Shown in pieces: positions 24,894 to 38,709 of a DNA stretch of 64,000 bases. Numbering within the stretch: the first letter of the stretch is position 1; each line of letters starts with the position of its first letter. Source of the stretch: Chrysemys picta bellii (lineage: Eukaryota); NCBI RefSeq assembly GCF_011386835.1, contig NC_088804.1, positions 29,884,001-29,948,000 of the forward strand. Reading direction: 5' to 3'. The notes beneath the pieces were generated by a model, which searched no databases, was not told the DNA's origin, and saw nothing but the letters and a program-made list of their open reading frames with translations. Position numbers and translations under genes: made by a program.

Positions 24894-27376
24894 TTTACTC
24901 TGCCCTCTGTCACTGAATAACTCCCCTGGAATGTGTTGCTCTCAAGGGATCCCTCCTTGTCAGCACCCACAGTTCTCTCCTCTTTAGTGAGTGGTGCTGG
25001 GGCAATCAGCTGTGCAAGGCACAAGCAGTTATTGATAGTGCCACACTTTTCCATTGCACCTCCAACTGCCCTCACATACTGATCATTTTCAGATAGAAAT
25101 GTTTGCTGCTGTTCTGTATCATCCTTTGAACACAGACCGGCCCCTGATTTCCTCCCGTGCTTTTTCCACTTCGTATGCCTGCAGGTGCCCACAGTTTAGA
25201 TGTCAATCCCTCCACACAGCTGCTCATTCCTACATATTACTAGGAAATACTCATCCCTGGGAGATACAGCTGTGGATAATCTTGCATGACATAGGTCCAG
25301 TAATACCTAAGCACAAAACAATAGGTTAAGGATGGAGTTGTAGTCTTAAAAACTGTGTTTTTCTACTATTGCAGGTATAAGGAGAACTCTTTAACCTGCC
25401 TTAGCATAGATTTGCAGTTTAATGTTTGTTGGCTTTCATTATTCAACCTCAGAGAAGACTCCGACATACTGGGCAGATGTAATTGCATTTGTGCTTAAAG
25501 GCAACAATAAACATGGATGTGAGAAACCAAATATACTGCTGTGTGACCTTGGTGAGGAATGCCTGAGGCACCATGCTGTGGCAACTGACATCATTAACAG
25601 TGACTGTGATGCCTGGGCTCTTGGAATAATCAGACTTTGGAGGAATGTTTCACAGGGGGCACCTTATGGATGTCAATCTTTCATGCACTCATTATGATGC
25701 CCTGTGTGTTTGATTATGTGAGAACAAGCGAGTTCTACCTTGAGGCATATCAGGAACTCCAGCCGGAGGTATTAGAAATCTTGACAGAGTAAAGCAGCGT
25801 ATTAAGAGCTTAGCCGCTGAGGATCCTCTTAAAAAATGAGACTCCAGAGCTCTCTTTGCATAGCCCGTTTCATCTAAGGCATCAAATAACACATGTTCTT
25901 AGCCTTGGACTATGGACTTATTAATTTAATGTCGGAACTGAAAATAAAATTATTAATTTTCAAGAGGCCAGTTGAACTTCCTTGAGTCATACTCAAACTT
26001 ATTTTTTTCTTTAGAGATTTATTGTTGAATCATTTTGAATTAATGCCTGATTGAAGTAACTTATATGCCACATATAGATGGGATAGCAAAATTATGTAAA
26101 CAGGTGTATTTGTTTTCATGCAGAGACGTGATCAAGATTGAGAATCCCTTTAAACAAAAATAATTTATCAAATACCTTTAAAATGAACTAGTGGGATGAA
26201 TTTAACAGGAGAAATTCAGAACAAAGGAACAACACTCAGTGGTCCAGTCAAACAGTTTGATTGTTTGTATAAAGAGGTGTTTGTAGCGGGTCCTAAGCAA
26301 TCTTGTCAGGTTAGGATAATCTTGATTTACCTGAAAATCTTTGGTAGAGCAGAGGTTGAAAGTAACCTGTTTTGTAAGGCAGTTTTAGCACTACCATGAA
26401 AATATAGCTGCTATGTACTTTAAGAAAACAGTTACAGCATATGTCAATGCCATGGATAACTCTTAATGGGTAAGGTTCTGTCTCAAGCTATGCATCAGTG
26501 CACGGAAATAAAAGGGAACGAGAAGCTCCCCCACCCCCTTTTTACATCTCTGTGTGGACTACACATGCCTCAGATCCAGGTGGCTGGAGTAAGCAGGGCT
26601 ACTCACTCACTCCTCCCTTGAACCAGGTGGATGAATAATGGACAAAGTCTTGACTCCACTCCCCTACTTGCTGGCCAAAGTAGCTGAGTCCACCGGGGCA
26701 TGGAGGAAGCAGAGGAGAAATTGTGACTCAGAGGTATGTCTCTGAGTGACATGTCTCCCAGAGCTATTCCAGGTGTTGCAATTTATGTGCCACCTTTTGT
26801 TTAGGGCTATTTCTAAAGCACAATCTAGCCCAATCTGATTTGCTACAAACCTATGTTTTAGATTATAAATCTCAGCATGCAGTAACTTGAATAGAACTTG
26901 GAATCCTTGTGCACCAAGTAACCAAAAAAACAAACAAAGCACTTTAAAACAGCAGCATGAAAAATAAATTATTTTAAAACGAATATGGCCAATAGGGAAA
27001 GAGTATGCCACAAAATAAACATGTGTAGGATCATGCGCTGTTCTCAGTCCACATATTCAGTTTCCCTGGACCAAGGTGCTAAGGTGACCTGAGATTGTAT
27101 AAAGCAGGAAAGAAACCTGGAATGCCCACAGTAGAAGTCTTACTCTGAATCAGAACAACTGTAGCATAAAGAGTTTTTTGAAAATGTACTCCAAAACTGA
27201 AGGGAGCGGGAGGAAAGGGAGTATCTAGCCCTCCACCACAGCAACCTCAAAGCTAAGTTTCTTTTGGCAAGTGGAGGCTCTTGCCTTTTCAAGTCTAACT
27301 ATTTGCCAAAGTGCCTTAATCTGTCTCTTAGGATAAAATCCTGAGCCCACTGAAATCAATGACAAAACTCCTATTG

Positions 27377-27710
27377 CAGGAGTCGGCAATGTTCGGCACA
27401 CGGCTTGCCAGGGTAAGCGCCCTAGCGGGCCGGGCCAGTTTATTTACCTGCTGACGCGGCAGGTTCGGCCGATCGCGGCCCCCACTCGCTGCGGTTCACC
27501 GTCCCAGGCCAATGGGGGCGTCGGGAAGCGGCGCGGGCGAGGGATGTGCTGGCCGCGGCTTCCCGCCGCCCCCATTGGCCCGGGATGGCGAACTGCGGCC
27601 AGTGGGGGCTGCGATCGGCCGAACCTGCCGCGTCAGCAGGTAAATAAACTGGCCCGACCCGCTAGGGTGCTTACCCTGGCGAGCTGTGTGCCGAACGTTG
27701 CCGACCCCTG
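27377..27710. mobile_element. hAT-family MITE, 334 bp, quasi-palindromic
   Basis: TIRs CAGGAGTCGGCAA...TTGCCGACCCCTG with 8-bp TSD TCCTATTG (27369-27376, 27711-27718). CpG-rich. Confidence 0.92.
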
Positions 27711-29409
27711 TCCTATTGACTTCAAAGCAGCCAGGATTTCACCTTGATAAACTGTTGATTAACTGTATAGACAATTGACTGAGTACCCCTGTGGTTCATT
27801 ATGAAAAATATTCAAGAAACCAAATAGCCAAACTCAGCCACACTTATTGTCTAAAAACAAAACAGTACAATGTGAAAAGTAAATATCCATACCCTCTGTC
27901 TAGGAAGCAGTTCTCAACTTTCAGCATGTTGGCGTTACACAGAAGGTGTTCTTCAGAAATATGCATTTAAACTAGCTATATTTATAGTTACAAGTTACCA
28001 AATCCTGTATACTTCACTAAAATACAACCCACCAGTTTGTAATAGTTCTTTAATTTGTTGTTTTGTTCTGTACTCTTCTTATTTCTGTTTTGCATCCTAT
28101 ATTTCAAACCAGTTGCCCAGGAAGATACCTGTACTAGGACATAGGACAAACATATCTTAATTTTGACAGGTTTCATATTTGCTAGTGCTAAAGCTGACTT
28201 CAGCTGTCCAAAGTGTTATGGGAGTGAACAGAGTGAACAGAATTGTGGGAAGAGCATAATACATTAAATTAACATAATTCTTCAACACTTTTTATATAAC
28301 GCACATTGTTAATACTGTGCACATAATACCCATTAATGTGCAGTATTCTATGCTTCACGTATATGTATTGGCTACCAGTACTTATAACTTCACTAATAGA
28401 TGATAAAAGAAATAAAAAAACTTTTCAGAACAAAGTGAATTATTAGTAATTTTTTAAATGTCTGATTCTTTAAAAATATACATCTTCTAGGGAGATGTAA
28501 AGGCAACCACAAACCATTTCAATGTACAGTGTGCTTCTGCAATTCAGGAATCGCATTTTCTCTTATAAACAAGGGGCCATCTCATTGTAATTACTGAGTG
28601 GATATACATTTTTAAACAGGCAGGGTTAGCAGAAAAATGCACTGACGCTATAACGCTATATCAGAAAACAGGCAGTCCGTAAAAGAATCAGAGGAAATTA
28701 TCAGTAAGACTAACACGGTAAAGAAAAAGCTTTGCTATGTGGAAGTTTTTTATTGATACGACAATGGAGTTGCATGGCCCAGTAATTAGTCCTTCTGCAC
28801 CACAGAATACACAAGTAGGGCCTGATACCCTTCTTCAGGTTGAGGAGGTCCTTACTCTGCTGACTAAGACTACTCAGTGAGTCAGGTATTGGAATCTGGC
28901 AGACAGGTTTCATACAGCATAGAGATCCTTAGACTAAATATTTCTGCATCTAGCTCCAATATATACAACTTCTGGAAACATTCCCTGAAGCTGAAAGATA
29001 ACTTATGCAAACTATATTTATGAATACAAAGAAATGTGTTCGGACTTGCTGTTGTTAATTACTGTAAAACAGCCTGTGATTGGTATCTTCTGCAAAGTTA
29101 ATTGTCTTATTAACCTCAGCCATTGTAATCTAGTCACATTATGAAGGGGAATCAAAATAACAGACAAAGATAAAATACAAGTAACTACATTTGAAAACTG
29201 TCTACTTCTCTGCTAAGATCTTTTGGAGTTAAATGTGTGGGAGTCAGTGCCCCCAATTCTCCCCCACAAGCAAAACTGGTGTCAGCCGTTTTACTCTCAC
29301 TCCCCTTGGCAGCACAAAGGGATGGAATGAAGAAGGGATTAGAGTTCAAAGGGGCTGCAAAGGAAGTGTAAGCCATGACAGCTCCCTCATCTTATGACAT
29401 CTACAAATA

Positions 29410-30427
29410 CAGTAACTCCTTGCTTAACGTTGTAGTTATGTTCCTCAAAAATGCGACTTTAAGCGAAATGATGTTAAGCGAATCCAATTTCCCCATAAGA
29501 ATTAATGTAAATAGAGGGAGTTAGATTCCAGGGAAAAAAAATTTACCAGACAAAAAACTATATATTATATAAATATATACACAGTATACATTTTAAACAA
29601 ACAATTTAATACTGTTCACAGCTATGATGATCATGAAGCTTGGTTGAGGTGGTGAAGTCAGAGGGTGGAAGAGGGAGGGATATTTCCCAGAGAATGCCTT
29701 ACTGCTAAATGATGAACTAGCACTCGGCTGAGCCCTCAAGGGTTAACACGTTGTTAATGTAGCCTCTCACACAAGGCAGCACGGACATGAGGGAAGGGAG
29801 ACAGCATAGCAGATAGAGACAGACACACACCTTGTGTGTGGGAGAAAGAGAGAGAGATGCACACTGGCCCTTTAAGTAAGCTGACCAACTCTTAAGTGCA
29901 TTGTCTTTTTAAGTGGATCAGGAAGTTGAGACAGCAGCTGCTGCCCCAGGCTCTCTTTGTCTCTCTCAGTCCATGTCCCCTCCCTGGTCTATATGGAGAA
30001 GGGGTAAGCAGGGTGCAGGGGCGAGGGGGACACCCTGACATTAGCCCCCATCCTTTCCCCCCTGCATAGCAAGCAGGAGCCTCTGGGAACAGCTCCAAGG
30101 CAGAGGGCAGGAGCAGCACATGGCAGTGGGGGGAGGGACACCTGACCTGCCTGGCAATTGATAGCCTGCTGGGAGGCTGCAGCACAGGGAACTTAGGGGA
30201 GCGGGGAGCTGATAGGTGGAGCTGATAGGGGGGCTGCTGGTCCACCCTGGTTACAAGCCCCCACCAGCTAGCTGCAACGGGCTGCTCTTCCTGCAAGCAG
30301 TGGACAAAGCAGGTAGCTGCCAAACGACGTTAGAAGGGAGCATTGCACAACTTTAAATGAGCATGTTCCCTAATTGATCAGCAACGAAACAACGTTAACC
30401 GGGACGACTTTAAGTGAGGATTTACTG
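29410..30427. mobile_element. Tc1/mariner (Tigger-like) non-autonomous transposon, about 1.0 kb
   Basis: TIRs CAGTAACTCCTTGCTTAA / TTAAGTGAGGATTTACTG with TA on both sides (29408-09, 30428-29). Confidence 0.85.
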
Positions 30428-30825
30428 TAGAGAGATGGTAAAGCTGGTCAAAAATGTTCAGTCAAAACATATTTCACACAAAAAGTTGAACAAAATGTTC
30501 ATGGCTCGTGTGGTGAAAATTTTCTTAAATGTTTCATTCTAGTTGAGCCAAATCCAGAGCCAGTTGAAGGCAATGGGAGTCCCTCCATTTAATTCATTGG
30601 GCTTTGGACCAAACCTATAGGTGCACAAATAAGGTACTTAAATGCACAGTTACATTTGAGTGTGCCTATATTTACAATCAGGATTACATTGGCGCAAAAT
30701 GTGTGTGCCAGTTTAGAGCCAGTTGAAAATGAGCTGAGCATTCAGTCCCGTACACTTTTCTGCTCTTCGTGGTCTTTGACTCTGTCACCTCCAGATTGTT
30801 TTCTACATATGACTAGACCTTAGAG

Positions 30826-31159
30826 CAGGGGTCGGCAATGTTTGGCACGCGGCTCGCCAGGGTAAGCACCCTAGCGGGCCGGGCCAGTTTATTTACCTGC
30901 TGACCCGGCAGGTCCAGCCGATCGCGGCCCCCACTCACCGCGGTTCGCCGTCCAGGGCCAATGGGGGTGGCGAGAAGCGGCGCAGGCCAGGGATGCGCTG
31001 GCCGCAGCTTCCCGCCGCCCCCATTGGCCCGGGATGGCAAACCGTGGCGAGTGGGGGCCATGATCGGCCAAAGCTGCAGCGTCAGCAAGTAAATAAACTG
31101 GCCCGGCCTGCCAGGGTGCTTACCCTGGCGAGCCGCGTGCCAAACGTTGCCGACCCCTG
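30826..31159. mobile_element. hAT-family MITE, 334 bp, same family as 27377-27710
   Basis: TIRs CAGGGGTCGGCAA...TTGCCGACCCCTG with 8-bp TSD CCTTAGAG (30818-30825, 31160-31167). Confidence 0.92.
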
Positions 31160-31696
31160 CCTTAGAGCCTCAGCTTTTGTCTTGTGGCATCTCATGTATA
31201 ACACGGATTTCAGAATCATGCCCCATACTGAGCTTCTTAGAGGAATCCTTCTTTAAAACTCTTCCACAGAAATGGAGTGCATAATGTCTATTTTTTTTTT
31301 AAACAAACAATTCAGTCTTCTGTGGGGGAAAAAGATATACTGTTTTTACTATCATTATTATTGTTGCTATTTTGAACTTACTATGTCCCTAAATTAGAGT
31401 CTCTAAAGGACATCTGGGTTTTAGTATTAGTAGCAAATATTCTGGAGAAAAAGAACTCACCATGAATATTACAAATAGGTATATCAGATTGAAAGCAGCT
31501 GGTTAAGATGCATCTACAAGCTCTAAATTAATAGTTCTTTTGTAAAAGTCATGTTGGGTTTGAACCCTGAAATACATCAACTGCAAAGCATACATAATGT
31601 TGGTTGCTGAGTATTTGCATATGCATGCTTATTCTTTCCCGGAAAAGAATTATATAGCAGCACTATCAGATTGTTCTTTTGGTACATTTGACTCCC

Positions 31697-31821
31697 ACAA
31701 GTGACCAGATGTCCTGATTTTATAGAGCCAGTCCCCATATTTGAGCCTGTGTCTTATATAGGCGCCTATTACCACCCCAACACCCGTCCTGATTTTTCAC
31801 ACATTCCTCCTGGTCACACTA
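31697..31821. mobile_element. Small hAT (Blackjack-like) MITE
   Basis: Ends GTGACCAGATGTCCTGATTTT ... TCCTGATTTTTCACAC..CTGGTCACACTA, degenerate TAGGGTGACCA-type TIRs. Confidence 0.6.
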
Positions 31822-32146
31822 TATGGTTCTGATCCTGCACTTACAGACATGCCGGGACTACTCATGATAGTAAAGTGAAACATGTATAAATATTTGCAGG
31901 ATTTTCCCCAAAGAAAATCTCCATTAGCTGTTAACAATGTACAGCCTATGGAATAGCTGAGCACGTCTTATTTTAACCACTAGACCGTAGTGGCATGTAG
32001 CACATTAGCCAGTTAATTGCAACATTTGTGATGGTCTCACACTTAAAATAAATGGATATGATGATATGAATACATTTTCCTAATGTATTGTTATAGTGCA
32101 CAGGCATTTATTCATAGTAATAACCCTTGTACATCCCAGTTGCTTT

Positions 32147-32166
32147 TGTGTGTGTGTGTGTGTGTG
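32147..32166. repeat. (TG)10 microsatellite
   Basis: Read directly from the sequence. Confidence 0.9.
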
Positions 32167-34241
32167 TATACACATAATAAAACTGCTAGGCAAAATTTTA
32201 TAGTATATCTTTCATTATTCTACACATTTTGTTGTTGTTGCTAGAATAAACACGTAAGGAAGAGACAGGCTGGTAGGACAATGGTACACTTAACCTCCAA
32301 ATACACACATGTATGGTCACATTTCACATATGACATAATTTAAAACGGAACAGCTATATAGTTTATTCAGATTTTATTCTTGTTGTAATATGCTTTATCT
32401 AATAGGCTTTCTAAAGGAATATGTTTATTATATTATTCATTTATTATATATAACAGTGAGATCCTTTGTCATATTAAGAAATAAAAGCTGCAGAGCGCTA
32501 ATTTAAAACTCTGCTTCTTTTTTTTTCATGGCCCCATGCCCTTTGTGCAAGCATACAAATTTATAGCTGAACCCAGGTCTATTAGGATAAAGCCTTTTTT
32601 TTTTTTTTTTTTTTTAGTGCAGTGGGAAATAACCTTTTATAATATTAATAAAAGCTTTATATATTTACTATATTTCTTTGACCTATAATGTCAGAAATAT
32701 AGATTACATCATTAAATCACGCATTTCTACTTTCATATGGTATTGCTTCACTCTCTTTTACAATGAATACGTCCAGATTTTTACAACATCTGGCACATTT
32801 ATAGCAATTAGTTCTGGACAGGCTTTACTGCTGTCATTCTTGATTGCAAAATCCAAGAACATACACAAATTATGATCAGTAATGACTTATCCAATGACTA
32901 AGTAATTCATCTTAGTCATTTAAACCTTAAAGTAATCAAAGCTGACAGCCCTGGCTGTTGTGCTGCTGTTTTATTTGATAACATTAAGCTTTTTATAAAT
33001 GTTAAACCTTTTAGATGAATAAAAATGTGAATATTGATGTAAATATTATGCAGTAAGGCGATATGGTACTTTAGAAAGCACATGAGCTTTCTATAAAAAA
33101 ATAAGTTGTGATTAAAATTGCTTTCTTTGTCGAGGCTTACTTGTAAAATGGGTATATTCGTTAAATAGTTAGAACCATCACATGTTAATTAATACCATCC
33201 TCATTAACTAAAAGCATGTTTGGTTTGAAATTAAGCTCTTGTAGTTTAAAATCATAAAGGGCCATTAATAACAACACATCATTAACAGGAGAGACTTCCA
33301 GGATAACACACCACTTTTAACTTTAAAGCCTACCCATATTGACATCTGGTATGTAGAGCTGACTTATTCATAGTATTATTTTTGTTTGAATTTCATGTCT
33401 TCTAATCTACACAACAAAACAGGTGAATTTTGGTATGTGCTATATTCAACATACAAATTACTCTAAGTAATTGCACCTTGTTGACATTTCAGACCATTTG
33501 GTTATGAAATAAAAGCAAATCATGTATGTTCTTTTGCCCATATGGTATAAGATAACTGCATGTATAAATACAACCTAAATATTGTGCATTATACACAGAG
33601 TTCAGTAGCATCAGTGACAGAGAATCAACTTCCACCACTGTGAGAGAGCTGGAGACAAGCTGCTTTAATTGTTTATCACTGAGGATTAGAGCATCCTCTG
33701 GTGGTGGTGGTGATAACATTGCACACTATTTAGTCATTTGCACAAGGTCACTAAATATTATTTAACTGCTTGTTGATACTATGGATTAGAAAGGGAATCT
33801 TAAATAAAGGGGTTTGAGACTTCAAACTCACAATTGCATTAAGGCCTGTGATCATAGCCATTCCTTTTCCTGATATCAGCCACAGTAAATATGTTTGCTC
33901 AAAAGGAGAAGGAAGAACAAGATGTGTGAGATTTGGGAGAAAGCCTCTTTCCTCTTAAAAGGTACAGAATGCATTAATAAGGAAGCGTTTTCTCTGGAAA
34001 ATGTGGTCACTTTAATGTTGTCGTGATTAGTGTCTGCAGCTTTGCAGCCAGATGAATGTGTATCTAAGATTTTTAATATTCAATTGGTATATTTCATTGG
34101 TGCACTTTAGTTATCTCTCACTTGTGTTTGATTAACAGAAGATTAATATGTGTGAAGATTACTGTGCTCTAGATCTGTGTTAAACATAGGACTTGGGGTT
34201 GACTCATAAGCATGTAGGACATAAGGCAATAAATTACACCA

Positions 34242-34418
34242 TGTAGTTGTAGCCATGTCAGTCCCAGGATATTAGAGAGACAAGGTGGGTGAGGGGATAC
34301 CTTTTACTGGACCAACTTCTGTTGGTGAGAGAGAGAAGGAGAGCTTTTGAGCTTCTTTCTCTCACCAACAGAAGTTGGTCCAGTAAAAGGTATCCCCTCA
34401 CCCACCTTGTCTCACTAA
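34242..34418. mobile_element. Short palindromic Penelope-like insertion
   Basis: 67-bp inverted arms (34272-34338 / 34352-34418) with 2 mismatches and a 13-nt spacer. Homologous to the 3' end of the 12738-14317 element. No clear TSD. Confidence 0.85.
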
Positions 34419-37400
34419 GAGAATAGGCAACTGGGTGAATAGTCAGTGTTGAAAGCACAGGTCAGAGTTGGAATGAAGACGCCAAAAGGTGTACAGTACT
34501 CAGGAAAGTTTCAAGTTGTTGGGTTTTTTTGTTTTGTTTTTTAAATTCCAGTTTTTATAGAGTGCTGAGAATTGAAACAGATCAGTTTGAAAGTGAAGTA
34601 TGCTTGACTCCTTCTCTCTGACAATCCCTAGACAAAGGTAATATTTATTGTATGACCCCTTCATGTCTTTCTTTCATTTCAAGCCAGCGAAGAGGCACCG
34701 ACATTTGTGATTGTATAGCTGGAATGCCTAAAGCACATCTATCTGAATGCTCTGGTTCAGATGACTTGTCATTCAAAACACCACCTCCCACATGGGAGGA
34801 AGACAAACTTTGAGCAGAAAAAGGATCTGTTAAAATGAATAATAAAGATGTAGTTTACCACTTAAATTATATTTTCTCCACTTCCTTATTCTGTTAAAGC
34901 ATACAAGTGCAAAAACTTCTAAGGTTTTGTGTGTGTGGACCAGATTCTCAGCTGTTGCAAATTGAAGTCAAAGGCATCAAACTGATTCACATCAACTGAG
35001 AATCTGCCCTATGTATGCAAATATAGAGTAACATGAAAGCAAGCTGTGTACTGAGATTCAATTCAGACATCAAAATTTCATCTAAAGACCAGAATAATAA
35101 AGGTAAATAATAAGTCTTCTTTCTAACTTTCAGCCCACAAGAATTTTGGAGCATATACATGGCAAATTACTTCTAGAATGACTGAGTAAATAGTTGAGGC
35201 ACACACACATTTCTACACTTCCATTCAAATATGCAGAATATCTTAAAAACTGAGGGCTTGACCACTTAATGGTCATATTTTCAGCAAGTTTCTGCTCCAT
35301 TGATTGCACCTCCAGAAGTGGGCATGCACCCATTTGGCTTTTATACAAACTGAAGAGTTGGACATTCAGCAGTGCAATTTGCATGTCCAGATCTTGTCTG
35401 AATGCACAAAACAGGTGCCTATGCAATGTGTGGGCTTATCCCATTGTTCATACAAAACTTAGCATGAAAATGTGGAGAGAGGTGGAGGAAATTTGTCTCT
35501 AGCCACCTGATGGCATTTTTTCAAGAGGTAGTCTTGTCTTATCTTTTGTGTTACAACCAAATTTCAATTTAGGCAATTGCAGTCTAGCTAATTCTCCAAT
35601 TCTTCCTGTGATTTCAATTGGTCTAGAGTCTCAGATGGTGCAAACTGATGTAGTTCTTGAAGTCAATAGAGATGACCCTGTTTGGCCTGCACATTTTCAC
35701 CTCCTATGCTAAACTAATGTTGCTCAAAGAGCCTCCAAGTTCTACCCCAGAAATGGCTGAATATCTGAGGCAGATGGACCTATATATACAGAAGCTTTTA
35801 AATACCTTAGCTTGAAAAGCACTACATAAAGGTGTGTTATTTTATAACATTATATCATGTATATTTAATGGCAACTTTAATTGAACTGAGCTTTTAATAT
35901 AAAAGCTTCAAATGGAAGTTGGCATAAGCAAATTGGGAGAAAATATGCATAGAAAATAAATAATATACAAAATGTATTTTCATGTGAAAAACAGCCACCA
36001 AATAGAAAGCAGCTAAAATGAGATACTTCTTCAAAATAAATCTCTAATAAGGAATATTTTGTTGAGATGACTGACACTTTTATCTCTGTATGTATAAAAT
36101 CATTTTCAGTACACTTCTTACTGTACATAATGCTGGAACCTGATGAGTATAGCATCCTTCTTTAATGCTTTAAGTTAAGCATGTATAGTTCTATCTAATA
36201 TTTTGGTAAGATGCTTCCTATATCAAATATGGTAATATAAGAGAGAGATTTCTGGAAGTAGAAATCTCTATTTGAGTGTAAAACCCAGGAGGCTGGAAAG
36301 AAATCTTTAATACAAAAATGTATCTACTGTATGTGCTACTATATAGAGACTAACAAAAAAAAAACCCTCTAAGCTGTCAAGAACTGCAATATGATAAAAG
36401 GAGAAATGATGAAAAGGGAATGGCACCTTGCAGCTGACCGTATAAAAGCATAAATTCCTCCTGGGAATTCTGTATATAAAAGATAGGTTTCAGTACTTTC
36501 CTAAGAACACTGGATCACATTAACTTATTCAAATAGGAGGTCAGATCTCAATGCTCAGGTTTAAAGCTGTCCCACTCACTCCTTGATAAGGAAAAATTGA
36601 CAAATCACACTTTTGAATAAACTCATTTTAATCCTTTTCTTCCTTTTGAAGTAATAAAAATATCCCTGTCATGCAGTTACCATTGCATTTAATGGCTGTC
36701 ATTTAGCAAAATGGAGAAATGATATCTGAGCATAATGCCTTCAAATATGGCTAATAGCATTTTACATGAGGAAAAATACTTTTATTTTACATTAATATGA
36801 CTGTTACTCCATGATTATTATTGAAAATTCAGCTGCTTCTCCTATTACAGTGGATTGATAAGAATAGCTATAACTCTTCCCTGTCATTTGTGTAAAAGAA
36901 GAGTAACATAAATCCATCCATATTTTACTGTTAGGTGTAACATCCATTAGTGCTTATCCAGAGTCTTGCCTAATTATTGTCACTTTACATGATTGCCATT
37001 TAGCAGTTTAAACAATAAATATAACATTTTGAGAATCTCTAAAAATGATACAGGGTATGCCTTTTTTGTTCTGTTTTGTTAAATATGGCTTTCGCTCAGA
37101 ATTTGTCACTTTTGTCATAATTTGCAGCAATATTCCTGGATAAGTAGGCTTTAATTAATCCTAAATTACAAAGGAATGTATATGGAATTACAGGTGACAT
37201 CCACATCAATATCAAATGAGTTCATCGTGATTAAACTTATTACCATTTTTAATTAACCTTGTGTGCTCCTGTATGCAAAATGCACATCCACTGAATTGCA
37301 TATATGATTTGCAGCTCCATTAAAAACAAAAACCCACTGTTCAAGAAGTGGAAAGCAAATAAAAGGCCACCTATGTACTCAACTGACACATGAAAGACTA

Positions 37401-38466
37401 GAGTTCAAGAATAGCAGACAGGTTCCAGGTCTGCTGATTTGAGAACTAAAGCAAAGCACAGTACTAATAAACAGAGATCTTTGGAAGGGTAAGTGCATTT
37501 GCTTCTCCATCCCAATGCTTCTTCCATGCCTTGCCTTTGCTGGAGTCTTTATTGAAGTGGCACTAACAGGAGATTTGAAAATGTATCTCATTCTTCATGT
37601 TCCTTGAAGGGGAGAGTGAAAAGAGAATTGTACTGAAGACACAAGGGATTAATTGAGAATAAGCAACTGGATGGACAATGCCTAAGATCCAATTATTGAA
37701 AAAGGGTAAAGTGTCCTGCCAAAAATCAGTACATAGACTCACTCATTTAAATCGTAACTATTTCCACTAGTACATTAAAAAATTGACTGCCTCTCTGCAG
37801 AGCTTAACTGGTGTATGGAAGCGGGGATATATATTTGACTCTACTTTGGCAAGTGTATCAAATTATCTAGGTGGTACTGCCTATTATTATTGTAACCTGT
37901 GGTTAAATATAGAATAAAACAAAGAGAAGAGAAAATAAAGTAGTAAATTAAGTTAGGGACAGCGTGTGTGTGATGGAGCACATGCTTTGAATAATAAATA
38001 TTTTTAGATGCAGCTCTTCTGTTTTATAAGATTATAGCCAAGGAATCATCACCATGAACTCCCAGGTTTGCAGGAGGAGTGTGACTGCTGCACTTTCCAG
38101 TACAAGATTACAGCATGAGATCTCTTTCATGGATGTCCAGCTTAGTGAGAGGGAAAGTTTGGCATGGCCCTGCCTCATTACCATTTCTCACTGCCCTGTC
38201 TTGGGTGGCTTGTGCCCCAAGTAAGACTGTCCCCCTTTTTCCCTTTTACACCTATGGAAAGGGGAGCTAAACTAATAAGGTCATCAATGTTTGCTTAAGA
38301 TAGAGAAATATGTGGAGTTTCTACATATGGAGTATGTCTGTTGTGATCACTTTGTTTGGATTGGCGTGACCTTCAAGTAAATTCATTAGAGGTAGAATAA
38401 GAGAACAATTGTGGCAAAAACCTACAACCGACTGTAGGTGAGGACGGTCTCTGATTGTTATTGACT

Positions 38467-38530
38467 TGTACAGTGCCTAGTATAATACAGTCTTAATCTA
38501 CATGTAGGTGCTAAAAATAATAAATAATAA
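38467..38530 (+). mobile_element. MIR/L2-like 3' tail remnant
   Basis: TTGTACAGTGCCTAGTATAAT...TAGGTGCTAAAAATAATAAATAATAAT. Confidence 0.5.
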
Positions 38531-38709
38531 TGATATCTATGATTTAAGTAAATTACAGAAATCCATTAAGATGGCTAGTCCTAGACTGTTTCATAAACAT
38601 GTGTTCCCCCATCATCACAACCTCCATGGGGGGCGGGGGGGGGAACACCCTACAAATCAGTCTACTGATTTCCTGATGTGTTTGAAGTCAGTCAGTACTT
38701 TGGGATATG

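Noticed and set aside
24740-25192. Longest ORF in the track (150 aa, minus strand)
   Set aside because: It straddles the putative LTR boundary, starts at GTG and has no recognisable domain.
27544-31256. Similar ORFs ending ...QQVNKLARPARVLTLAS..VPN.ADP
   Set aside because: They are translations of the palindromic, GC-rich hAT MITE copies, not a gene family.
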